Below are positions 17,800-26,289 of a stretch of 29,947 bases of DNA, piece after piece. A program made the translations under genes and the position numbers. The notes beneath the pieces were generated by a model. It worked only from the letters and a program-made list of their open reading frames with translations, searched no databases and was not told where the DNA came from. Position 1 is the first letter of the stretch. Every line of letters starts with the position of its first letter. This DNA comes from an uncultured archaeon (GTDB lineage Archaea > Thermoproteota > EX4484-205 > JAAOZP01). The stretch is from positions 1 through 29,947 of the forward strand of contig CALIBN010000021.1 of assembly GCA_938045545.1 (NCBI GenBank), in the 5' to 3' direction.

Positions 17800-19581
17800 C
17801 TATTTATTCGTTTGGGAAAGAAAGACCATTAACTGTCTTCTAACCTCACTAAATTTCGAGGAATCTTTTTCGTATTCAGTTATAGTTTTAACGACAGAGT
17901 TTGCAAGATCCCTAGCTTTAATAGGATTCTGTTCCTCCAGCATTTTAAGCAGTTCATAATCCTGGATTCCAAGCCTTAGAACTTCAAACCTTATAGAGCT
18001 TAATGGGCCTTCTTTTCCAGGGTATATTATGAAGGCATCGCCGGGAGGCAGGTTGCTAGGTTCCACGTTTTTAAACGGGTCTTCACGCCAATAGTTTAAC
18101 CCCCAATGAAGATAGCCTGAAAGATTGTACTTGAAGTTTATCCAATGCAGGATTCTAACTTTTATTAAGGGGTAGTCGATGAACCTATTCGGATACTTTC
18201 CTGTCGGGGCAAGACAAGTGTAGAACCATACTTCTTCTCCCGCTGTTTTCCTCTGACTGTAAAAGTCTTGATTCTCATCAAATTGATTCAATAGCGGAAC
18301 CCAGACGTCTAAAGCCCCAACAAGCTCTTCAGTAGCCTGATTCGCTTCTATAATCTTAATTTTTGGCGCCAGTTCTTTAACATAACTGGCGAATACCCTG
18401 TAGCTTTCCGAATTCACGGGAATCGGTTCATCAGTCAAGTGCTGCATGTAGATGTTAATCCAGCCTTTTTCCTCCAAATGCATCTGTAATTGGGGGAGAA
18501 ATATAGAGAGAAATTGGTAGTACTCTCTAGAAGAGACGCTTACAGAAGGAATCTTATAAGCCTCCACTCCATTCGCCCTGTAAACAGCCACTTCATAAGA
18601 GTAAAAGTCCTTTGCTTCCCATTCTTTTCTGTAAGCGAGGTGCCCCCCTTCAATCCTCCCGATTACACCTTCTTCGATGAAAAGTCTAACCCAGCGGTCA
18701 AAGTTTGAAAAGTCACATTCAATAGTTCCGGTAGGCGTTTCCACAAACCTTACTAATTGCAGTAATGGAGTTATAATAACATTTTGACGATACTTGGAAA
18801 TAAACCTAGCATAACTTCTAATCAACTCCCAATGCTCTTCACTCCAAGGCTTAGCGCCATGATAACTAGCTAGGCCTTCTGCGTTGAACCAATTTGTCAA
18901 CCATAATGTTCTTTTTGAAGTAAGCGTAACAGGGTAAACCCTTAAAGTAATTTGCATTGAAGCATTCATCTTTTCTGAAATTACATGAATTTTCCCAGTA
19001 TAGTTTCCAGGAGGCGCTTCCGGCGGGATAAAAATTGTAACCCAAACCGGTTGAGTTTCACCAGCCTTTAAACGAACAGAGACGACATCCAGCAGAGGAT
19101 CGGGAAAATCGCATGGAGCTGAACGAACCAGCTCTTCAGCAGGGGTATTCGGCGTGTTCCTGTAAACGGGGACATAGCCGATAAAATTTGTAGAAAAGTC
19201 TATTTTAAACCCATATGGGCCTTCAAGGAGTTCAGTCTTAAGATGAATTTTTGGATTCCCCTTTTCTACGGTTATGGCGAATTGCGCAGCAGCGTACTCA
19301 TTTCTTACGGCCTCAACATACAGAGAATTCTTCTCGTTTAAAGCAGGCTTCGTATCTTTAAATATCTTTACAAGAGGATCTGAGGCCCAAACTGAAAAAC
19401 TTTCTTCGAAGCCCATTTGATTAATCAACAGTAGAACCAAGCATAAAAATATTGCTGAAAATACAAGAGCAGATACGAGCCCCAGTTTTTTATCTCTTTG
19501 AAGCCCCTTTATCAGTGTCTCCTTAAGGAAATTTAGTTTCCTTACTTCTTGATTCACAATGCTAAGGGATGCTATGTACAT
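17800..19581 (-). CDS. Membrane-anchored GH123-like / DUF4091 glycoside hydrolase
   Basis: N-terminal TM helix; AVRNEYAAAQ, FPDPL, DEP, VWFYTC, GYLHWGLNYW, PGDAFIIYPG..SSIRFEVLRLGIQDYELL (DUF4091 tail). Start chosen from the TATA-like element at about 19610-19624. Confidence 0.85.
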   Translation of the reverse strand: MYIASLSIVNQEVRKLNFLKETLIKGLQRDKKLGLVSALVFSAIFLCLVLLLINQMGFEESFSVWASDPLVKIFKDTKPALNEKNSLYVEAVRNEYAAAQFAITVEKGNPKIHLKTELLEGPYGFKIDFSTNFIGYVPVYRNTPNTPAEELVRSAPCDFPDPLLDVVSVRLKAGETQPVWVTIFIPPEAPPGNYTGKIHVISEKMNASMQITLRVYPVTLTSKRTLWLTNWFNAEGLASYHGAKPWSEEHWELIRSYARFISKYRQNVIITPLLQLVRFVETPTGTIECDFSNFDRWVRLFIEEGVIGRIEGGHLAYRKEWEAKDFYSYEVAVYRANGVEAYKIPSVSVSSREYYQFLSIFLPQLQMHLEEKGWINIYMQHLTDEPIPVNSESYRVFASYVKELAPKIKIIEANQATEELVGALDVWVPLLNQFDENQDFYSQRKTAGEEVWFYTCLAPTGKYPNRFIDYPLIKVRILHWINFKYNLSGYLHWGLNYWREDPFKNVEPSNLPPGDAFIIYPGKEGPLSSIRFEVLRLGIQDYELLKMLEEQNPIKARDLANSVVKTITEYEKDSSKFSEVRRQLMVFLSQTNK

Positions 19582-19755
19582 TCTCTTATCTTTGGCTACA
19601 CGGCGATGCTTAATTAACTTTTTAAGCAAGAATATGCTCGGAAGTTGTAGCGCACTATTTCGACTAATCTGATGTTACGGTCTTCACGAGAAAACAGTTG
19701 TATAAATTGAGCGGAGAATCATGCTGGAGAAGGCGTTGGCCAGGCGAACGCAAGC

Positions 19756-20910
19756 CTATAGCTTTAAGTATCCATCGGGAGCCATGCTGGTTGCCAGCAT
19801 CACCATATTTATGTCCAGATGCTCCCTCCAGCTTCCACTCCCCCTATTTTTAAGCCAAAACCTCTCGATTTTACCGGCAAGGAAAACATACTGAAGGAGG
19901 CTGTTGACTAATGATAGTGAACGTTCGCCGAAGAGATCCGGCTTTTGCTGGACAAGTCCTTTAAGCCTCTCCAAGGATTTTAAACCGATCGATAACCCAA
20001 GCTCTCTGAAAGCAAGCCTAAGGTTAGCGGGAAGCTCTAGTTCGTCTCCCAAAGCGTAAGCCTCCAAACTCATTTCTGAAGACTCTAATAAATCGTCGAC
20101 GAGACTGGGGTCGAAGTATTTGTTGGGAATCAGTTGCGCAGCTTTATATGCGTTGCAAAGAAGCTCGCCGATTCCTAGAGGATCCGAGGTAGCCCAGTCT
20201 ATTTCTTCACACATACCGGCCATATCGTTTATCTCGGAACCGAGGTCAGGCCAATTCGCATCCCTAGGAGCTGTTGATTGAAGGTCAACATAAGTTATAA
20301 GCCCGTCCAAGGGGTCATGCTGCCCCATGGCTTGGACGAGAGGACGGGAAAGGTCTATGCTCATCTTCCAGTACATCCGCTTCACGCCGGAGGGCGTGAA
20401 ATAGACGAAGGAGGCGTGCGCGGTCTTCGCGAGCTCCATCGCCCAAAGGTTGTAAATACGGTCACCTGTTGTTTTGCACACCCTATTCAAAGCATGCATC
20501 CATTTAGTCAGATAATGGTAATACTGCCCGTCCCTCCCCCATTCCAAGACCTCGTCGAAAGGTTCGTTAGGCTTTCTCTCGCTTAGCTCCTTGCCTATCC
20601 TCAATCCACCTATAGTAGGGTGCTTCCTGCCTTCCTCCTCGCTGAGCCCGCTTATCCAGCCCTTTCTTTCATCGTCTCCGCGATGGCGGCCAAGCGTGTG
20701 ATGAACTCGATCGACTAGGTTTAAGGCCAGGTTCTTGAACTCGGCTTCGCCGGTTTGACGGTAAAGCTCGATGAAGTTGCAGACAGCAAACGCATCCGTC
20801 CATAAATAGCGGCGCTGCGGCTTATCCGAGAGAAGCCCGGTTTGACGAGCAAACTCTTCCATGATTTCTTTAGCTTTGAAAAGCGGATTTTCCGCCATAT
20901 TTCCTATCAT
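19756..20910 (-). CDS. Conserved hypothetical protein, possibly alpha/alpha-toroid fold
   Basis: 384 aa with distinctive blocks RRYLWTDAFAVCNF, GGLRIGK, RDGQYYHYLTKWMHAL, MYWKMSIDLSRPLV, RLAFRELGL, EHLDINMVMLAT. Confidence 0.8.
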   Translation of the reverse strand: MIGNMAENPLFKAKEIMEEFARQTGLLSDKPQRRYLWTDAFAVCNFIELYRQTGEAEFKNLALNLVDRVHHTLGRHRGDDERKGWISGLSEEEGRKHPTIGGLRIGKELSERKPNEPFDEVLEWGRDGQYYHYLTKWMHALNRVCKTTGDRIYNLWAMELAKTAHASFVYFTPSGVKRMYWKMSIDLSRPLVQAMGQHDPLDGLITYVDLQSTAPRDANWPDLGSEINDMAGMCEEIDWATSDPLGIGELLCNAYKAAQLIPNKYFDPSLVDDLLESSEMSLEAYALGDELELPANLRLAFRELGLSIGLKSLERLKGLVQQKPDLFGERSLSLVNSLLQYVFLAGKIERFWLKNRGSGSWREHLDINMVMLATSMAPDGYLKL

Positions 20911-21119
20911 CTTCTTTTAGCTCGTCTTTAAATTCGTTTCGCGAAGCCCGTGACGTCATTTCTGAAATAAGCCCAATCATAAGTATAAAAGCATACAACA
21001 TGTGTTTTCGAACTCCAGCCAATGGCGCGCTCTATATAACTATATTGGGGGCCGAGGGAGCTTGTCACAAAGGTTTTTAGCGCTTGCTAATAATGTTTCA
21101 ATCGAGTAGAACGTCACGG

Positions 21120-21318
21120 CGAGTCTTGAAGGCGTTCACGTTGAGTTGAAGAATGTTAATACGGGACTTGATTCGTGGAGAAGACTCTTGAGACTTTAGT
21201 GGTCATGATGCTTCCCGAGGAGGAGGTCGCGAGGAAGAGTTGAAGGAAATAGAGGAGGCGGAGGCAGAGAAAGGGAGGAATACGTTACCCTCAAGGAATT
21301 AATGAAGCACGCGCTAAA
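21120..21318 (+). pseudogene. Degenerate small acidic antitoxin (RelB-like archaeal type)
   Basis: Stitched frames: SLEGVHVELKNVNTGLDS/VEKTLETLVVMMLPEEEV/EEELKEIEEAEAE/GEEYVTLKELMK. The EYVTLxEL tail is typical of archaeal RelE-associated antitoxins. Start codon lost. Confidence 0.55.
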
Positions 21319-21366
21319 CAGAGTGGCTTAAAATTTATAAGATTTCTGTGCTGGCTGGTATGGGAA

Positions 21367-21783
21367 ATGTTAGACAATATTATGATGAAAATCAAAAAAT
21401 CTCTTATTATAATGGTGAAGGCTGTTTTTTACTTCTATGGACTCCTGTGGACGCTTAGATCAAGAAAGGTTTGTTCAACTTCTTGCATCCTCAGGCTTTT
21501 CTATCTAGGCTTCTTAAGGATAGATGAAGAGCATATCGACATCGTAAAGCTTAACGAGAACGAGCTCGTGACTAGATGCAAGAATCCATGTCCGATTCTT
21601 CAACTTTCCCAATTCCTGAAACTGGACACCAAGTATGTATGCAAGGAAGTGTCGGAGCCAGTTTGCAAATTCGTGTTAAGCAAGCTTAATCCGAATCTAA
21701 TATTTGAAAGGAATTATGAGCATATTAGGCCGTATGCAGAAAGCTGTGAGGAACGCATATACTGGAGTAAGACTCGCAGGTAA
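21367..21783 (+). CDS. Cys-containing hypothetical protein (V4R-like small domain)
   Basis: RCKNPCPIL..DTKYVCKEVSEPVC..RPYAESCEERI Cys spacing. Confidence 0.7.
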   Translation: MLDNIMMKIKKSLIIMVKAVFYFYGLLWTLRSRKVCSTSCILRLFYLGFLRIDEEHIDIVKLNENELVTRCKNPCPILQLSQFLKLDTKYVCKEVSEPVCKFVLSKLNPNLIFERNYEHIRPYAESCEERIYWSKTRR

Positions 21784-21986
21784 TTTATGATCCCTAATCA
21801 TTTCACAATTGAAAACCTTTTTCACCGCCGATCTTCGACGCCGTCTAGTCAGGGTCGCTTAGCTCCGATAATTGGTGAATTAAGCCTTTCCGAGAATTCG
21901 GAAAACTTCACGCAATCCTGATAAAGCTTAAATTTCTTTTTTTAGCGGTAAAAATAGTGTGCACTGTCAACCGAGGGATTAGTGGT

Positions 21987-23114
21987 ATGGAAGAGTATGA
22001 CGTCGTTGTTGCAGGCGGTGGTGTGGCTGGTTCTGTTACTGCAAGGCTCGCTGCAAAAAGCGGTTTCAAAACATTGTTGCTGGAGAAGTATAAGACTCCC
22101 AGGAACAAGCCTTGTTCTGGAATCCAGTTTCAATATTTCGAGAAGCTTATTGGTGAAAAAATACCGCATGAAAAGCTTTGCAGAAACGAGCTCTTTAAAG
22201 TGGAGATTATAACTCCAAAGGAGAGGGTTTTAAAGGGCAGGATGAAGATGCTGAACTTTTGGAGGTCCACCTTCGACAGTTGGCTCAATTCGCTCGCGGC
22301 AGATGCTGGCGCAGATTTTCAAGATAATACTTCGCTTGTCGATTTTGTTCAGGATAAAAGCGGAGACAAAATAACTGTTAAAATCTCTGTGGAAGGTGAG
22401 CATAGGGAGGTTAAGGCTAGCTATCTTATTGGCGCTGACGGAATGCTTTCAAGGGTCAGGAGAAAACTGCGGCCACAAGACTTTAATAGAAAAACCTCAG
22501 GGGCAACAATAAACTATTACTTTATTGGAGAGGCAAACCTCGACCCAAACACGCTTTACATGTTCTATAAAAGAGAGTTCTGCCCTCTAATGTTTGCATG
22601 GGTTTATTTGAAGGATGACAAGTGGGTGATCGGCACAGTTGCCAACGAAAACCCGTTAGAATATGCGGGTAGATTCTTCAACTATGTTAAGAAGAAATAT
22701 GAACTTCGAGGTGAAATCGTTAAGAGGGAAGGTTTCTCTTCAACTTTAAAAAGCACAATATTCCTTGGAGAAGGGCGAACATTGCTGGTTGGGGATGCTG
22801 CAGGCTTGGTGGATCTATATCGGGGGGTGGGGATGGATAACGCCGCCCTCAGCGGGCGCTTGGCAGTAAAAGCCATAACAAAGGCTGAGGAAGAAGGCTT
22901 AGAAGCTGCGAAAGCATACGAAAATCTAATGGAGAAAGTTGTCAAGAAAATAGGGGTGAATACGAAAAAGCAGATGAAAAGGCTCTCATCAAACAGCGAG
23001 CTCGAAAAAAGCCTGTCACCGCTAAACATGCTTAAAGGAGTACTGCACATGCTGATAGCAAACCAAATAAACAAAATACTGCCACCGGAAAAACTCGCAT
23101 TTCTCCCACCCTAA
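21987..23114 (+). CDS. Geranylgeranyl-reductase-family FAD-dependent oxidoreductase
   Basis: YDVVVAGGGVAG dinucleotide fold, PRNKPCSG, IGADG, LVGDAAG. Confidence 0.88.
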   Translation: MEEYDVVVAGGGVAGSVTARLAAKSGFKTLLLEKYKTPRNKPCSGIQFQYFEKLIGEKIPHEKLCRNELFKVEIITPKERVLKGRMKMLNFWRSTFDSWLNSLAADAGADFQDNTSLVDFVQDKSGDKITVKISVEGEHREVKASYLIGADGMLSRVRRKLRPQDFNRKTSGATINYYFIGEANLDPNTLYMFYKREFCPLMFAWVYLKDDKWVIGTVANENPLEYAGRFFNYVKKKYELRGEIVKREGFSSTLKSTIFLGEGRTLLVGDAAGLVDLYRGVGMDNAALSGRLAVKAITKAEEEGLEAAKAYENLMEKVVKKIGVNTKKQMKRLSSNSELEKSLSPLNMLKGVLHMLIANQINKILPPEKLAFLPP

Positions 23115-23282
23115 TTTAAGCAAGAGCGTTACTCTTAACCTGCCTGCTAGGATTCCCACGTCTTCGGAGTAGAAGGTTCCCTTCCCGCCTGTTTTCAAAA
23201 GCTCCCACGCGTCCCCCCTGCACCCGACCAGGCCCCTATGGTTCTTAGTCTCGATGACGAGGATGTCTCGGGTTGACACGCC
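23115..23282 (-). pseudogene. Internal fragment of a NERD (nuclease-related domain) gene
   Basis: VSTRDILVIETKNHRGLVGCRGDAW...FYSEDV/NPSRQVKSNA matches the NERD xVIETKNxxG...W...NPxxQ pattern. No N-terminus. Confidence 0.7.
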
Positions 23283-23422
23283 AGCGCGCGCATCGTTATC
23301 CTAAGACTTATCCTGACACTAGAATACTACAATGCTGCGACAGGGTCTTCATGTCTTCAGTTATCGCATCCACGTAGCGCACACAGCGCGTTAGTATCTC
23401 AGAAACGGGCACTTCCCCGCGC

Positions 23423-24064
23423 TTACAGCGGTGGCGGTGGAGGTGGTTGAAGCTTTGTTTCTCTTTTACGCATGACCATGCCGGTTAAGCAGAATGCTCC
23501 TGAGAGTAAGGCGAGCCAAAATTGGATGGTGAACCGGGACGTTATGCTAATTTTTACAAAGCCGTCAACCTGCATCAGCGGATAGAGGTTCAGGGTTAAG
23601 TATTGGCTTGAGTAAGGCATCAGCGCCTCCCTCAGGTCTGGAAGCACTTGAGCTATAAAAGGGACGAAGCGTGTTATTAAGGATGTTATTGCGATAATGC
23701 TAATTAGGATTGTCACTCCGAACCCTATGGGCATCGTTAAAGGCCTAAGGTTAAGAAGCCTTCGCGACCATGTTCTCCCGTGTAGCAGTGAGCCAGCGAT
23801 TATCGTGGCAGACCCGAGGATGGCGAGTAGTCTTTCGGATACGAACAGCGCAATCATAAGGGGCGATGGCTTAATTATCTGCGAACCCAGAAGCTCTGCC
23901 TGGAAGCCGAAGGGTGAGAAACCCACGTATAGAACGGGTTTAGAAACTTCACCTCCAACCAGCTCCCACCAAGCACCGCCAGTCACGGATATTATTAGAA
24001 ACAGCACCCCGCCGATTAAGTAGAGTATTCTAAACTTCTCCAAATCAATCACCCGGAGAACCAA
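23423..24064 (-). CDS. Hypothetical membrane protein (about 4 TM, poly-Pro tail)
   Basis: Hydrophobic segments and a C-terminal poly-proline run. Overlaps the upstream gene. Confidence 0.75.
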   Translation of the reverse strand: MVLRVIDLEKFRILYLIGGVLFLIISVTGGAWWELVGGEVSKPVLYVGFSPFGFQAELLGSQIIKPSPLMIALFVSERLLAILGSATIIAGSLLHGRTWSRRLLNLRPLTMPIGFGVTILISIIAITSLITRFVPFIAQVLPDLREALMPYSSQYLTLNLYPLMQVDGFVKISITSRFTIQFWLALLSGAFCLTGMVMRKRETKLQPPPPPPL

Positions 24065-24576
24065 GAACTGATCGGTAAGTTGACTATGGATAGGTTAAGG
24101 GGAAGCTCCGCCGAGTTCAACACTAGCGTAGCCTTCCCCGAAAGATTCACAGGGGGATTCTGAGAAAGTAACATTAAAAAGTCTTCATGAGTACCGTTCT
24201 CTAAGAGGAATATAACGTTTACCTTTTCCTCCTCTCCCGGTTCCAGGGTAAAGGGCGATTGGAGGACAAGCCTTCCAATCATGTTTAATGAGGGTACGGA
24301 TATCCTTACGTCGACTTCCTTCAAACCGATTCCCATGTTTCCAGCATTACATAATCCTATGCTCAACAGGTATGTGCTATCCCTAATGTGGTAATCCACA
24401 GAGGTTACTCGGAGCGAATTCGGATTGAAGAACAGCAGGTTTGAAGGAGGAGTTAAACTCGGCATTAGGAAACTCGATATTGATCCGGAGATGAGATAGT
24501 AAAATGCAAAGGGCACCAAAAATACGATGATCGTAATAAGTCTGAGCGACCACGCTATGATTTTCTCAATGTTCAT
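24049..24576 (-). CDS. Membrane-anchored hypothetical protein with LEA-2/Ig-like beta domain
   Basis: N-terminal TM helix, then a beta-rich domain with FTLEPGEEEKV. TATA-like sequence at about 24600. Confidence 0.7.
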   Translation of the reverse strand: MNIEKIIAWSLRLITIIVFLVPFAFYYLISGSISSFLMPSLTPPSNLLFFNPNSLRVTSVDYHIRDSTYLLSIGLCNAGNMGIGLKEVDVRISVPSLNMIGRLVLQSPFTLEPGEEEKVNVIFLLENGTHEDFLMLLSQNPPVNLSGKATLVLNSAELPLNLSIVNLPISSWFSG

Positions 24577-24814
24577 GAAAAATAAGATCATTTTGGGAAC
24601 TTAAATATTACCTTTAGTATGTGCACTTCTTTGTTTAAAAATTCTTGCTAAGCTGTTTGTAATCTCTTCAAAATTCCTCAGGCCTAAGTATTTCAACCGC
24701 GTGCTCCTTAAGCTTCTTAGCCAGGCGCTAAGCCACGGCTTTTAAACCAAAAACCTCATATAAAACTAAGGATCATGACTCCTCTACTTCTTTACCTTTA
24801 GGACGCTTACCTGC

Positions 24815-25897
24815 TTATTCATACCTTGACTCGAACTCATCTCTTAATCTTTTTGCTTCTTCATATGATTTGCAAACAGTGTTTATTGCTACTCCTCTAG
24901 GAGAAACTTTGCCAAGTATATGCATTACTTTCTCTGGTGGAACATAAATCTGGAGTAGTTTTTCCTTATCTTGTATTTTCCTATATAAAGGCAGCCAACA
25001 ATCGTCTCCTCCGTCAGGGTTTCCCTCTCCCGGAATCCATTGTATTGCATCCAACTCAGGTATGTTCAACAGTTTATCTAGGTGATGCAGTTCTAAGGGG
25101 CCGTCTAGATGCCATATTGTTCTATCAAAATGCTCGCATTCTTCGACAATAAACGGGTAGGAGAATTCGTCAAAAAGTTTAGGCGATAAATAGACTATCG
25201 TATCGCATTGGAGAACGAAATGCTTTCTCTTACTCCACAGCCCAGCCCAAGTTGAATAACCGTTTTCCGAAACGTTCATGACGTCACAGAGTTCATCGTA
25301 GCATCGAAGCCAAATGTCATGAACCCTCTCTAAAACTTTCTTCAACTCATATCCATTGGTGAACATGTCCTTTAATAGATTTGTTGGATAGTTTCCTCTG
25401 AGCTGTCCCACGACAGTTACAGCATCCAGTATATCCGTAAAGGATACGGCGGCCTTACCTTTACATCTTCTTGTTGCTACCTCTGTGCATATAATGGTGT
25501 ACTTCCACCATTCGTTTGCAGGGTTTAATTCAATGTTCTTGAGTTCATCTAGAGAGAAAAATCCTTGAAACCATGCGGTGTTCACGTTTCCATCAAACTT
25601 TAATTCGCCCCCCAAATATGCTGATAAACTACCGGGACCCAGATTAACCCAAACATTTGGATAAGCCTCTTTTTCGAAAAGGATCGTTGAAAACTGTTCG
25701 AAAAGCCTGTCCAATGCTTTATCTGGATCTGGATGATATCGGAGAAACGCCCAAGAATCGATCGATACCGTACCTACGTTTCTTGGCGAAAAAATTTGAA
25801 TTAAAGGTCTATCAAGCTCCCTATTCCACCAAGCCTCGAAGACCTCTTTTACTTTAGGCCAATCATCCTTATACATATTAACTACCTCGTAATCCAT
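24815..25897 (-). CDS. URO-D/methyltransferase superfamily protein
   Basis: NLGPGSLSAYLG, LQCDTIVYLSPKLFDEF, WHLDGP..HLDKLL..LDAIQWIPGEG. Confidence 0.8.
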   Translation of the reverse strand: MDYEVVNMYKDDWPKVKEVFEAWWNRELDRPLIQIFSPRNVGTVSIDSWAFLRYHPDPDKALDRLFEQFSTILFEKEAYPNVWVNLGPGSLSAYLGGELKFDGNVNTAWFQGFFSLDELKNIELNPANEWWKYTIICTEVATRRCKGKAAVSFTDILDAVTVVGQLRGNYPTNLLKDMFTNGYELKKVLERVHDIWLRCYDELCDVMNVSENGYSTWAGLWSKRKHFVLQCDTIVYLSPKLFDEFSYPFIVEECEHFDRTIWHLDGPLELHHLDKLLNIPELDAIQWIPGEGNPDGGDDCWLPLYRKIQDKEKLLQIYVPPEKVMHILGKVSPRGVAINTVCKSYEEAKRLRDEFESRYE

Positions 25898-26222
25898 CTT
25901 TTGCTTTACATCCCATACCTTCCTCTAACATAATCAGGTAGTTCTGAACAGGAACATAGTTTGCCACGGTGTTGCCTGAACCGGAGGTGCATATTCCTCC
26001 AAGCATGCATTTGTCTAGAATTTTCTTTTACGCATCCTCGTAGTGCTTCTCCGTTGAAGCGTGCCAATTTATCTACGTCCACTCCTCCGAGGAGAGAAAT
26101 CTATCTCCATATCTCCCTTTGAATTCCCACGCCGCGAAATCTCATCTGGAAAGAAGTGAAAAACACCTATCTTTACCTCCTCAGTTAAATCCTCTACGAC
26201 CTTAAATATGTTTTCCGCAAAT
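25890..26222 (-). pseudogene. C-terminal remnant of another URO-D-family gene
   Basis: Stitched frames: CG/NIFKVVEDLTEEVKIGVFHFFPDEI/WEFKGRYGDR/LLGGVDVDKLARFNGEALRGCVKKILDKCMLGG..GSGNTVANYVPVQNYLIMLEEG, the classic URO-D-like C-terminus. The 5' part is absent. Confidence 0.8.
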
Positions 26223-26289
26223 TGATACTTAGCGCGAGCGCGCGCTTGTTCGAACGCATACTGTTTAACTAATGCAGCACTACTAGGGG

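Noticed and set aside
24760-24790. Fluoride-riboswitch-like 3' segment ATGACTCCTCTAC
   Set aside because: The 5' GAUGG-containing pseudoknot partner is absent and no same-strand gene follows.
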